Below are positions 56,673 through 64,000 of a stretch of DNA of 64,000 bases, piece after piece (the first letter of the stretch is position 1; every line of letters begins with the position of its first letter). The notes below the pieces were generated by a model. The model saw only the letters and a program-made list of their open reading frames with translations, ran no database searches and was not told where the DNA came from. This DNA is from Candidatus Pacebacteria bacterium CG_4_9_14_0_2_um_filter_40_15. GTDB taxonomy: Bacteria > Patescibacteriota > Microgenomatia > UBA1400 > PJMF01. Where the stretch lies: the NCBI GenBank assembly GCA_002788675.1, contig PFRS01000001.1:234706-298705 (forward strand). Reading direction: 5' to 3'. A program made the position numbers and the translations under genes.

Positions 56673-59600
56673 TTATTTGATCTCACAAGTAGCAGTTCTC
56701 CATGGTGCCCAATTGCCCCATGCTTTTCTGAGATCGACCATAGCACGAATATTATTATCAGCCTTGATTTTTTCTTGCTCAGCAGTATCTTGTTCAACGG
56801 GAGTTGCTCCTGGAGGTAAATGTGAGTTGATGCGGGGTTGTGCAAATGAACCAATGGCAACTTTGGAGAGAGCACACTCATTAAGTCGTTCTTGGTCAAC
56901 AATGGTACAGGGCAGTTTGTAGGGATCATAGGTTGGGGCCGTATCGGGAATGCCACTACCATCTTTAAAAGCTCCTGGACAGCGAGGGAGCATATTTATC
57001 TGGAACAGACCAAGACTATAGTCAACAGATTTTCCTTCAAGACACCTATCATTGAACGCGTACGGACTGCTTCCGCTTTCTCTTTGACAAATAAGCGATG
57101 CTTTAAGTGCCTCGGTCGATGCATTTTCAAAACCAGCTTCAACAAAAAATGGTTCAAGATACTCAGGTGCACAGTACCCAGTGCCTAGTTTTTTAAGGCC
57201 ACAGGTCTCAAAATCTAAACTGCCATCAGCACCATCGTCGATATTTTTGAGGGCACCACCTGAACATTGCCCAAGTAAGAAGTGTTCCAAAGTTGGACAG
57301 GAGTCAATGTAACTGTGCGTGGCCGCTGTTGTAACTATAAACTCCTTGGTAACTGTATCTTTTGTTCCGACATAGACAGAGTTTAAAGAAAGTTGCACTT
57401 GTCGGAGCCAAAATCCAAGTTTTGCTCCGAGGAAACCAATACCTTTGTTGTCAGTTTCGATGGCAATTGAGACGTGTTCATTACAGACTTTAGGAATTGG
57501 TGAGGCTAACGGATCGTCTGGATCAATTGTTGTACCACAGTCCTTATCTGGATCAGGGAAATCAAATGATGCTGTGCCTCCAGCAACACCCATCAGGGCT
57601 CCTTCAATAGGGAAGCCATCTAGGATGCGCCCGCTTTGAGCTATCTGGTCCTTTTGGATGGAAGTGAAGAATGTGTTCATCATTACATTTTCAATTTCTT
57701 CGAGTTCAAAACCCATAGGGTAGACGAGGTAGTAGTCTGCAGTTGTTTTGCTCTCAGCTGGTGACCAAGTATCTGGACCGATTGTCCAGATGGTTTTAAT
57801 TTTTTCATACCAGGGATCAGCTGTTTTTGCTTTTTGTGGATCCATGTAGTTGTCATCGACAACATGGGTTCGATCGGCGTATTGACCAGAACCAAATAAA
57901 TTGAGTAGTAGTGTATTGCCCCACTCATTTAAGTACACTTTTCCATAGGGATCTTTAGGATCTCCTAGCCCTGCATAGTCATTTATTTGTACTACTGGTT
58001 CAGTTTCCTTGGTGTCACAGCCATAGGCCGCTCCGTTTACAATGTCGACAACTGCTTTACCGAGTTCATTCTGACAGGCTGGCGTTCCAACTCCATCTGG
58101 ATAGGATCCTTCATAACAGTAAATTTTGCTGCCTTCATTTTGAGATACAGCTGCTTCTGCTTGCAGTTGTATCTGACGGCGTCTTGCTGGACGATCAACG
58201 TCTTCGAGTTCTCGTATTTGATCACGTCTTAAAAGTATATTTCGAGTTAAATATGATGGATCATTCCAGTAGACACTACCAGAATCATCACCGCCACCTT
58301 TATTTGTAGCAATATCTGGAATTTTAAAGCCAATTACGAGTACCTCGTTTCGGGGCGCTCCCTTTTCAGTTTTACCTGTGAAGAAATTGAAGATTTTTCC
58401 AGCAAATTTGCCGCTTTTTTCTGGCTGTTTCATGTTGAGTGAGATAACCAAGAAGGCTAACCGATATGAGCGATTAATTTCCAGTGGCACATTTTGAAGA
58501 TCTTGTTTGAATTCAACAATATCTGGTGTTTGCTCAGTTTCTGGTGAGTAGAGACGTCTGCATTCTGCACTAATGCCTCCATCTCGATATGTCGGCATGA
58601 GTTCATGCATATCACCACGAACAGCATCTATAATCTTTCCAGTTCCTGGAACTTTTTGGGCAAGAAGGGTACATTCACCAGGATTAATGAGTTTTTCACA
58701 CATTAATTCAGTTGCTAAGAGCACTCTTGCAGATTGCACACAACGTTGTTGTTGACTAAGAAGAGAGTTTATTGGGGCTGAGTTAATTTCAGAGTAGCTA
58801 GGATCTTGGGTGTATACGTCTTTAAATCCAAAGTATTCCTCGAGAGAGCTCATAAGGTATTTAGTTCCTTCTGTGTCTCTCCAGATAGGTATTGTGGCAT
58901 TTGTCATGTCCCCCGATGCGACTGAATCAACAGCTATGTTAACCACAGGATAGGCTCCGGGATTTGATTTGTGAAGTTCAAGGTAGCGGGCAATAAGACC
59001 TGAAGTGTTGTATTTTGGTTTAATTTCAATATTCTCAGCAGCACAGTAGGCTTCATATCCGGAACTGGTTAGATCTTTTCTAATTTTATCAACGTCTCTC
59101 TCACCAGTGAGCATTCCTGAAATTGGTTGAAGATAGAACTGGTCTTGGTTTATGTTGTATTCAGGAAAGTCGCTTAAGTCGTAGCCGCCACTTCCACTGC
59201 CAGCCGTGATTGTGGAACAGCTTGTATCAACTTTTGTACCACCCCAGGTGAAGAGTTCACCCTCGACGTACACGAGCCACTCCCCTTCGCTTTGTAATTC
59301 TGCACAGACATTTCGAACAAGTGGCGTAATTTGCGCTGCGTTCATGCTGCCGGCTTTACTTGAAATAAATTCAAGAACTTTATTCAGATCTGTATCTGGA
59401 GGATCGTCACCACCCGGTGAAAGGGAAAACTCTGTAATATAAAGTTGTGAGCCGCCGGTACCTTGCACACCAACACTTTGTGTATCAGTTGAACCAGGAT
59501 CGCAGTCTTTACTGGTGCCACCGATACATCCATAGGAGTTTGCAGTTCTAATTTTTGCAGCTGAATAGGCACCGCCTAGACCAGACGTATCTAAAAAGAG

Positions 59601-60137
59601 CTGTGCTTTATATGCTGGGTCTCCCATGTACCAGTCAAGTGCCGATGGAGCTATATTTCCTAATCCTTTAACAGAATTATAGTTTGAAGCATAGCGTAAC
59701 CAGTCGGTACAACCAACATTATCGGAACTCCCATTATTGACTTCATTTCCGTAGGCAATGATGACATCATCACCAAAAGCTGCCTTAACTCTGTTGACCA
59801 TGGCAATCGCATCATCTGAAGCAACGGTACACGAATAGTTAATACGGACAATAGGGAAGAGCCCATTGTTTTTTGCGGCTTCAGCAAGATTATTGAGTGT
59901 ACCTTGATCTAGTCCCATGTCAGCCATAATGGTGACGGGAAAACCTGGCCGGTTACCGATAACGCCATTCATGACACTTATTTGAGTTCCAGGATCACCT
60001 GCACCAAGATGTGTGCCAATAGCAGCCTGTGCTCTAGCAGGCACAAGAAGGAAGAGTGTGAATAAAAGAAGACTGGAAAGTAATTTTTTGAGTGATCTCA
60101 CAGGCCTTATTATACCGTTAATTACGCTATTGAACAA
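56673..60137 (-). CDS. Giant (1154 aa) secreted protein with C-terminal VirB1/SLT-like lytic transglycosylase motif
   Basis: Signal peptide LLLFTLFLLVPARAQA. C-terminal CQRESGSSPYAFN...SLGLFQINM matches the SLT catalytic Glu-Ser and GLMQ(I/V) motifs. The N-terminal 950 aa is of unknown fold. Confidence 0.55.
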   Translation of the reverse strand: MFNSVINGIIRPVRSLKKLLSSLLLFTLFLLVPARAQAAIGTHLGAGDPGTQISVMNGVIGNRPGFPVTIMADMGLDQGTLNNLAEAAKNNGLFPIVRINYSCTVASDDAIAMVNRVKAAFGDDVIIAYGNEVNNGSSDNVGCTDWLRYASNYNSVKGLGNIAPSALDWYMGDPAYKAQLFLDTSGLGGAYSAAKIRTANSYGCIGGTSKDCDPGSTDTQSVGVQGTGGSQLYITEFSLSPGGDDPPDTDLNKVLEFISSKAGSMNAAQITPLVRNVCAELQSEGEWLVYVEGELFTWGGTKVDTSCSTITAGSGSGGYDLSDFPEYNINQDQFYLQPISGMLTGERDVDKIRKDLTSSGYEAYCAAENIEIKPKYNTSGLIARYLELHKSNPGAYPVVNIAVDSVASGDMTNATIPIWRDTEGTKYLMSSLEEYFGFKDVYTQDPSYSEINSAPINSLLSQQQRCVQSARVLLATELMCEKLINPGECTLLAQKVPGTGKIIDAVRGDMHELMPTYRDGGISAECRRLYSPETEQTPDIVEFKQDLQNVPLEINRSYRLAFLVISLNMKQPEKSGKFAGKIFNFFTGKTEKGAPRNEVLVIGFKIPDIATNKGGGDDSGSVYWNDPSYLTRNILLRRDQIRELEDVDRPARRRQIQLQAEAAVSQNEGSKIYCYEGSYPDGVGTPACQNELGKAVVDIVNGAAYGCDTKETEPVVQINDYAGLGDPKDPYGKVYLNEWGNTLLLNLFGSGQYADRTHVVDDNYMDPQKAKTADPWYEKIKTIWTIGPDTWSPAESKTTADYYLVYPMGFELEEIENVMMNTFFTSIQKDQIAQSGRILDGFPIEGALMGVAGGTASFDFPDPDKDCGTTIDPDDPLASPIPKVCNEHVSIAIETDNKGIGFLGAKLGFWLRQVQLSLNSVYVGTKDTVTKEFIVTTAATHSYIDSCPTLEHFLLGQCSGGALKNIDDGADGSLDFETCGLKKLGTGYCAPEYLEPFFVEAGFENASTEALKASLICQRESGSSPYAFNDRCLEGKSVDYSLGLFQINMLPRCPGAFKDGSGIPDTAPTYDPYKLPCTIVDQERLNECALSKVAIGSFAQPRINSHLPPGATPVEQDTAEQEKIKADNNIRAMVDLRKAWGNWAPWRTATCEIK

Positions 60138-60173
60138 TTGCGTTTGCCTGGTACCTAAATGGTAGAAAGGTAT

Positions 60174-60608
60174 TTATAAACCTGAATCAGAAGATGGAAT
60201 TCTGAACTGTGTGATGAGACTAATTCCGGTGAAAGAAGCAATCAAGTTAAGGATAATAAATGCACTCAGGGCTACCACCATACCAATAACAGCATAAGTC
60301 ATTGAACCTTTAGCAGATTGGAGTTTTCCAGTGTCTCCTCCAGAAAGCATCCAAGTGATTGCTCCAACGACAAACATTACAAATCCAGCGAGTCCTATGA
60401 TTGTAATAATTACTGTAAAAACATTTGCAATTAAGCACTCAAGACCTTGTAGTGTAGCTACATCCTGTTGACCTTCAGCTGAACCAACACAGACGCCGCT
60501 CCAGGCACGAGTTTGTGCTTGTGCAGGAGTAGCAGCCAAAAAATATACAGCTAGCATTGTAGCGGAGACATTTAGTTGTCGAATGATTTTTTTTATTGCT
60601 GGTTTCAT
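60174..60608 (-). CDS. VirB2/TrbC-like two-helix mini-protein (candidate T4SS pilin), paralog 1
   Basis: Signal peptide (AATPAQAQT); helix 1; loop WMLSGGDTGKLQSAKGSM; helix 2. Confidence 0.5.
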   Translation of the reverse strand: MKPAIKKIIRQLNVSATMLAVYFLAATPAQAQTRAWSGVCVGSAEGQQDVATLQGLECLIANVFTVIITIIGLAGFVMFVVGAITWMLSGGDTGKLQSAKGSMTYAVIGMVVALSAFIILNLIASFTGISLITQFRIPSSDSGL

Positions 60609-60655
60609 AGTAAAACTCTGTAGTTTTTATGTATGGTTACAGTATAGCAAACCTA

Positions 60656-61198
60656 CTAAGATAATGTTTTGGTGTTTTCAAGGACTTCTTGTAATGACTC
60701 AAATCCAAGAAAGTTCAAACCTAAAGTAAGAATAGCAAAACTTGAAGCTAAAATAATCAAGCCAATTATTGCTGCTATCAGACGTTGTCGTGCAGAATCA
60801 ACTTTGCCTTTATCTCCACCAGATGTGATCCAATAAAAGCCAGCGAGGATAAGTTGAAGAAAGACTAATAATGCTCCAAGAAGCATTACTAAACTTAAAA
60901 TCGCGTTAAAAAGAGTACCTACATTCGTTGCAAATCCTGTTGGAATGGTAATCCGAACATCTTTAAGAAGGTCATGTTTTATTTGGGCAGAAGTAGTACT
61001 GATTTTTTGAGCAGAGTTGGTCGCCGTTGTTGTTAAGTAGAGCGTTTCCCCGTCACGGTGTGTGGTAACGTCGTTACCTGTACCAGCAGCAAGAACAGCT
61101 CTGGGTTGGCAGAAGAAAAAAACAGTCATGAGTAAGAGTATAAAAAGTAATGTTTTTTTCATAACTAGTATTATAGTATCTATATCAAAATATATCAA
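60656..61198 (-). CDS. VirB2/TrbC-like mini-protein, paralog 2
   Basis: Signal peptide; loop YWITSGGDKGKVDSARQRLIAAIIGLIIL between two hydrophobic helices. Confidence 0.5.
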   Translation of the reverse strand: MIYFDIDTIILVMKKTLLFILLLMTVFFFCQPRAVLAAGTGNDVTTHRDGETLYLTTTATNSAQKISTTSAQIKHDLLKDVRITIPTGFATNVGTLFNAILSLVMLLGALLVFLQLILAGFYWITSGGDKGKVDSARQRLIAAIIGLIILASSFAILTLGLNFLGFESLQEVLENTKTLS

Positions 61199-61242
61199 AC
61201 ACGCTTGGCGTGTTTTTTAGCTTAAAGAAGCTAACGGCTGTA

Positions 61243-61272
61243 CCAAAAGCGCCAGGCAATTTGCCTGGCGCT
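61243..61272 (-). terminator. Intrinsic terminator after paralog 3 (same stem sequence as the 3484 terminator)
   Basis: aagcgccaggc-aattt-gcctggcgctt; on minus strand followed by TTTTGG. A second hairpin, aacacgc-ttgg-gcgtgtt plus T6, lies at 61218-61243. Confidence 0.5.
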
Positions 61273-61292
61273 TTCTAGTTTCTATTTTTAGA

Positions 61293-61700
61293 TTAGTTAC
61301 TAATTGATTTAACGTTACTGAATGCATCTCCAAGGTTTTCGAAGCCGATGAAGTTAAGAGCAATCAAGAGAATTGCGTATGATGCAGCGAGAACGATAAG
61401 TCCAAGAACAGCTGCAGTAATTTTGTTACGAGCAGATTCGGTCTTGCCTTTGTCTCCACCAGAAGTAATCCATTCGATGCCACCCCAGATGAGGTACATG
61501 AATACTAAAAGTGCTGCGAGAACCATGACGAATGAAAGCACACCATTGATAAGTCCACCAATGCTGGTTGCAAATCCTGGTCCTGGAGTAATTTCTTCTC
61601 CAGTATCAATACCTTGGGCAAGTACTGGTGAAACAGTAGCCAAGTATGCTGTTCCTGTTGCTACGGCTGTAGCGAACGATTTTTTGAGTGAGTCTGTCAT
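61293..61700 (-). CDS. VirB2/TrbC-like mini-protein, paralog 3 (terminator-flanked, candidate major subunit)
   Basis: Signal peptide (VSPVLAQG); loop EWITSGGDKGKTESARNKITAAVLGLIVL; followed by tandem terminator hairpins. Confidence 0.5.
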   Translation of the reverse strand: MTDSLKKSFATAVATGTAYLATVSPVLAQGIDTGEEITPGPGFATSIGGLINGVLSFVMVLAALLVFMYLIWGGIEWITSGGDKGKTESARNKITAAVLGLIVLAASYAILLIALNFIGFENLGDAFSNVKSISN

Positions 61701-61790
61701 GTGTCTCCTTATTTTTTTTACGGTTACAAACTTATATGTAATTATACCTATGTTCCAGACTAATAGTCAAGCATGGTTATCGAGGCGTCT

Positions 61791-62366
61791 TTAGCACTTA
61801 CTAAAGTCGTACCCTGAAATCTGATACTGAGCGCCATCTTGACAGAAGCATGGATCATAGTGGTTATAACTTAGGTGACTATCTGAGCCAAAGCATTGAA
61901 CCATTGCGATTCCTTGAGAACAATATCCAGCAGAACCACCAGCACTTACGGTTTGTTCCGTTACGGTGCAAGAAGCTTGGCCACCACCACCTCCAGCTCC
62001 ACCACCACCATTTGCAGTAGGTGATCCTAAAAAGGTAAACACTTGAATTCCTAAGAATTGTTGCACAATCATAAAGAGGGCAGTTACAGCTGAAAGAACA
62101 ATTATACCTGTGACTGCACCGGTAATTCTCTGGCGAGCTTTTTCAAGCTTGCTTTTGTCCCCTGCAGATGTGATCCATTCGATGCCACCCCAAATGAGGT
62201 AAAAGAAGACCAGTAGAGCAGCAATAAGCATGATGAAAGACATGATGCTTCCTACGAGTGGGCCAAAACCTGAAGCATGATTTGCTGGATCTAAAGAAGC
62301 TGTTCCTGGGACTGCATTGTCAACAGCTTTTTGTGCAAAATCGAGTTGTACTTGTGCGAGTTTCAT
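61791..62366 (-). CDS. VirB2/TrbC-like mini-protein, paralog 4 with Gly-rich/Cys C-terminal extension
   Basis: Loop EWITSAGDKSKLEKARQRITGAVTGIIVL; C-terminus GGGGAGGGGGQASC followed by a Cys-containing tail. Confidence 0.5.
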   Translation of the reverse strand: MKLAQVQLDFAQKAVDNAVPGTASLDPANHASGFGPLVGSIMSFIMLIAALLVFFYLIWGGIEWITSAGDKSKLEKARQRITGAVTGIIVLSAVTALFMIVQQFLGIQVFTFLGSPTANGGGGAGGGGGQASCTVTEQTVSAGGSAGYCSQGIAMVQCFGSDSHLSYNHYDPCFCQDGAQYQISGYDFSKC

Positions 62367-62386
62367 ATGTTCTTTCCAAGTGTGAT

Positions 62387-62854
62387 TTAGTGTCCTGCTC
62401 CTGGCCAGCCACCATCTGGTGCGCCGGTGCTATTTGGTGTTGGGAACGAGAGATTCAAGATTGAGAAGCTTTCACCAAAGAGCGCGGTACTTATGTAGCC
62501 AAGAATAACGAAACTTGAAACAAGGATGAGTAAACCAACAACAGCATGCATCATTCTGAGGCGGGCTTTCTCTAGTTTGCCTGAATCGCCACCTGCTGTA
62601 ATCCACTCAATAGAACCCCAAATAAAGTAGAAAAGAACGAGTAGACCACCAATATTTATGGCTGTTTCCCAGAGAGAAACCATGTAGCCGACAAAAATTG
62701 AGCCATCAGTGGCAGTTTCTGATGATTCTTGTGTTCCTCCTAAATCAGGAGTAAGGACAGGGTTGTTAATTGAGGCAAGAGCTTTTGTTGGTGAAAATGC
62801 AAACAGTGATACTGTCAGTACTAGAACGAAAAGGTAGATTAATTTCTTTTTCAT
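62387..62854 (-). CDS. VirB2/TrbC-like mini-protein, paralog 5
   Basis: Signal peptide (PTKALAS); loop EWITAGGDSGKLEKARLRMMHAVVGLLIL. Confidence 0.5.
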   Translation of the reverse strand: MKKKLIYLFVLVLTVSLFAFSPTKALASINNPVLTPDLGGTQESSETATDGSIFVGYMVSLWETAINIGGLLVLFYFIWGSIEWITAGGDSGKLEKARLRMMHAVVGLLILVSSFVILGYISTALFGESFSILNLSFPTPNSTGAPDGGWPGAGH

Positions 62855-62858
62855 AGTG

Positions 62859-63227
62859 TTATGGTGCCGGTGCTAAATCTATTAACTTTGATGCTGGTTC
62901 AAGAAGATTGAAGCCGATGATTGAGCCAATAAGTCCAATTATTCCATATGCTGCGACAACAATAACAAGACCAAGTACTCCGTGGAGCATGCGCTCACGA
63001 GCAGTTTGCAATTTTCCACTGTCACCACCACTCGTTACCCAAGAGAGTGCTGCAATAAGGAAATAGACTATAAAGAAGATAGATGCAAAAACAGTTAACA
63101 CACCAATGGAATTAGAAATAAACAACTCTAAATTTGATAGCGCACCTTCATTTGTTTCGATGCCTTCAGTAAAGGGAGCGTCTTGAGTGTTGAAGCCTCC
63201 TCCAAATTGTGCGATGAGTGTTAACAT
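62859..63227 (-). CDS. VirB2/TrbC-like mini-protein, paralog 6
   Basis: Loop SWVTSGGDSGKLQTARERMLHGVLGLVIVV; 4-nt gap to the next gene. Confidence 0.5.
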   Translation of the reverse strand: MLTLIAQFGGGFNTQDAPFTEGIETNEGALSNLELFISNSIGVLTVFASIFFIVYFLIAALSWVTSGGDSGKLQTARERMLHGVLGLVIVVAAYGIIGLIGSIIGFNLLEPASKLIDLAPAP

Positions 63228-63285
63228 AGTTCTATTATATCCTATTTGTATTTTTTTTGTACTCTATTTCTTCAAGAATGGTTTA

Positions 63286-63885
63286 CTATTCTGGAAGTGC
63301 TCCGCCAAGTGCTGGATTTAGCACAGCAGCAGAACTGCCATAGAAAATGACTCCAACAATTGCGGCAATTAAGTAGAACGAAGCAATTATGGCTAAGCCA
63401 ACAAGTCCCCATGTGATTTTATCTTTAACTTTTTCGTGTGCACTTGGGTTTCCAGCAGAGGTAACATACGTAAATCCTGCAAGAACAAAGTTAAACATAA
63501 CTATGATGCCGCCAATAACGGAAGCTAAGTTTATGATATTTGAAGCAAACTTAAAGAGGCCAATTTCACCTCCAGCTTCATCATTGTATTCAGCGACTCC
63601 TTGAGGAGGTTCAACTTCACCGATAATAGCTGAGCCACAGGGAGATGGAGATAAAAAACAAATACTTGAGCTTATACATAGGCAGCTTTTGTTGTCGACA
63701 CATTGTCCTGTATAGTTGCAAGACTGAGCTTGCACTTTTGGCGGAGTAAAAAAGAAAGCAGCTGCAAAAAACAGCCCCAAAAAAATTGAAAAAAATGTAT
63801 GTGAAAGTTTTGAATGACGTACAGACATATTATGGTGTTCCTGGTCCAGTAATAGTCGGGTTGAGTAAGTATAAGGAATTTCCAA
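63286..63885 (-). CDS. VirB2/TrbC-like mini-protein, paralog 7 (Cys-rich N-terminal region)
   Basis: Probable true start at the ATG at 63828 (MSVRHSKLSHTFFSIFLGLFFAAAFFFTPPKVQAQ signal peptide); loop TYVTSAGNPSAHEKVKDKITWGLVGLAII. Confidence 0.45.
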   Translation of the reverse strand: MEIPYTYSTRLLLDQEHHNMSVRHSKLSHTFFSIFLGLFFAAAFFFTPPKVQAQSCNYTGQCVDNKSCLCISSSICFLSPSPCGSAIIGEVEPPQGVAEYNDEAGGEIGLFKFASNIINLASVIGGIIVMFNFVLAGFTYVTSAGNPSAHEKVKDKITWGLVGLAIIASFYLIAAIVGVIFYGSSAAVLNPALGGALPE

Positions 63886-64000
63886 AAAAGACAGTACCCA
63901 AGATACCCGCTACTGCATATACGGTTACAATTAAGATCATTCCTAGAATACTCATGGTTAATCGATCACGGACTTTTATGTGTGTCTGAGAATTTCCACT
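63836..64000 (-). CDS. C-terminal part of an eighth VirB2/TrbC-like paralog running off the window end
   Basis: Manual translation ...HIKVRDRLTMSILGMILIVTVYAVAGILGTVFFGNSLYLLNPTITGPGTP* matches the ARxR-helix-2 pattern of the paralogs. Confidence 0.4.

Noticed and set aside
1-64000. CRISPR arrays, rRNA and tRNA genes
   Set aside because: No regularly spaced direct repeats were seen. No tRNA T-arm or acceptor patterns were convincingly found in intergenic regions. No rRNA-like conserved stretches.

Overview
This 64 kb window has high coding density and low GC. It looks like a chromosomal replication-origin neighbourhood of a small-genome bacterium. Gene content and style are Patescibacteria/Saccharibacteria-like, but that is inference only.

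Left part (1-38 kb):
- Two type IV pilin (T4P) genes.
- A Wzy/TPR membrane protein.
- Housekeeping genes obg, rho and radA, and a LysM-M23 peptidase.
- Also valS and ribosomal protein L25.
- A sortase.
- A VanW-like protein.
- An orphan solute-binding protein.
- A DUF4012-like giant protein.
- A stand-alone TraD/VirD4-like ATPase.
- A block from about 15.4 to 19.8 kb that is distinctly more GC-rich and is probably horizontally acquired.
- A co-directional origin gene block: dnaA-dnaN-rpmH-rnpA-yidD-yidC-jag-rnhA. DnaA boxes are clustered in the dnaA-dnaN spacer.

Right part (38-64 kb): a conjugation-type type IV secretion (T4SS)-like island.
- A minus-strand operon: hypothetical / giant protein with a Gly-zipper membrane core and a C-terminal HExxH zincin domain / membrane protein / PrgI(VirB3)-like fusion / Pro-Thr-rich protein / VirB4 ATPase.
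- A divergent orphan 1260-aa protein.
- A TrbL/VirB6-like membrane protein.
- A 1154-aa secreted protein with a C-terminal VirB1/SLT-like lytic transglycosylase motif.
- A tandem array of at least 8 paralogous VirB2/TrbC-like two-helix mini-proteins (candidate pilins) that runs off the window end.

Several structured non-coding elements are also reported: intrinsic terminators, a repeated hairpin, long inverted repeats, and a leader RNA with an SD-sequestering hairpin. No rRNA, tRNA or CRISPR array was recognised.
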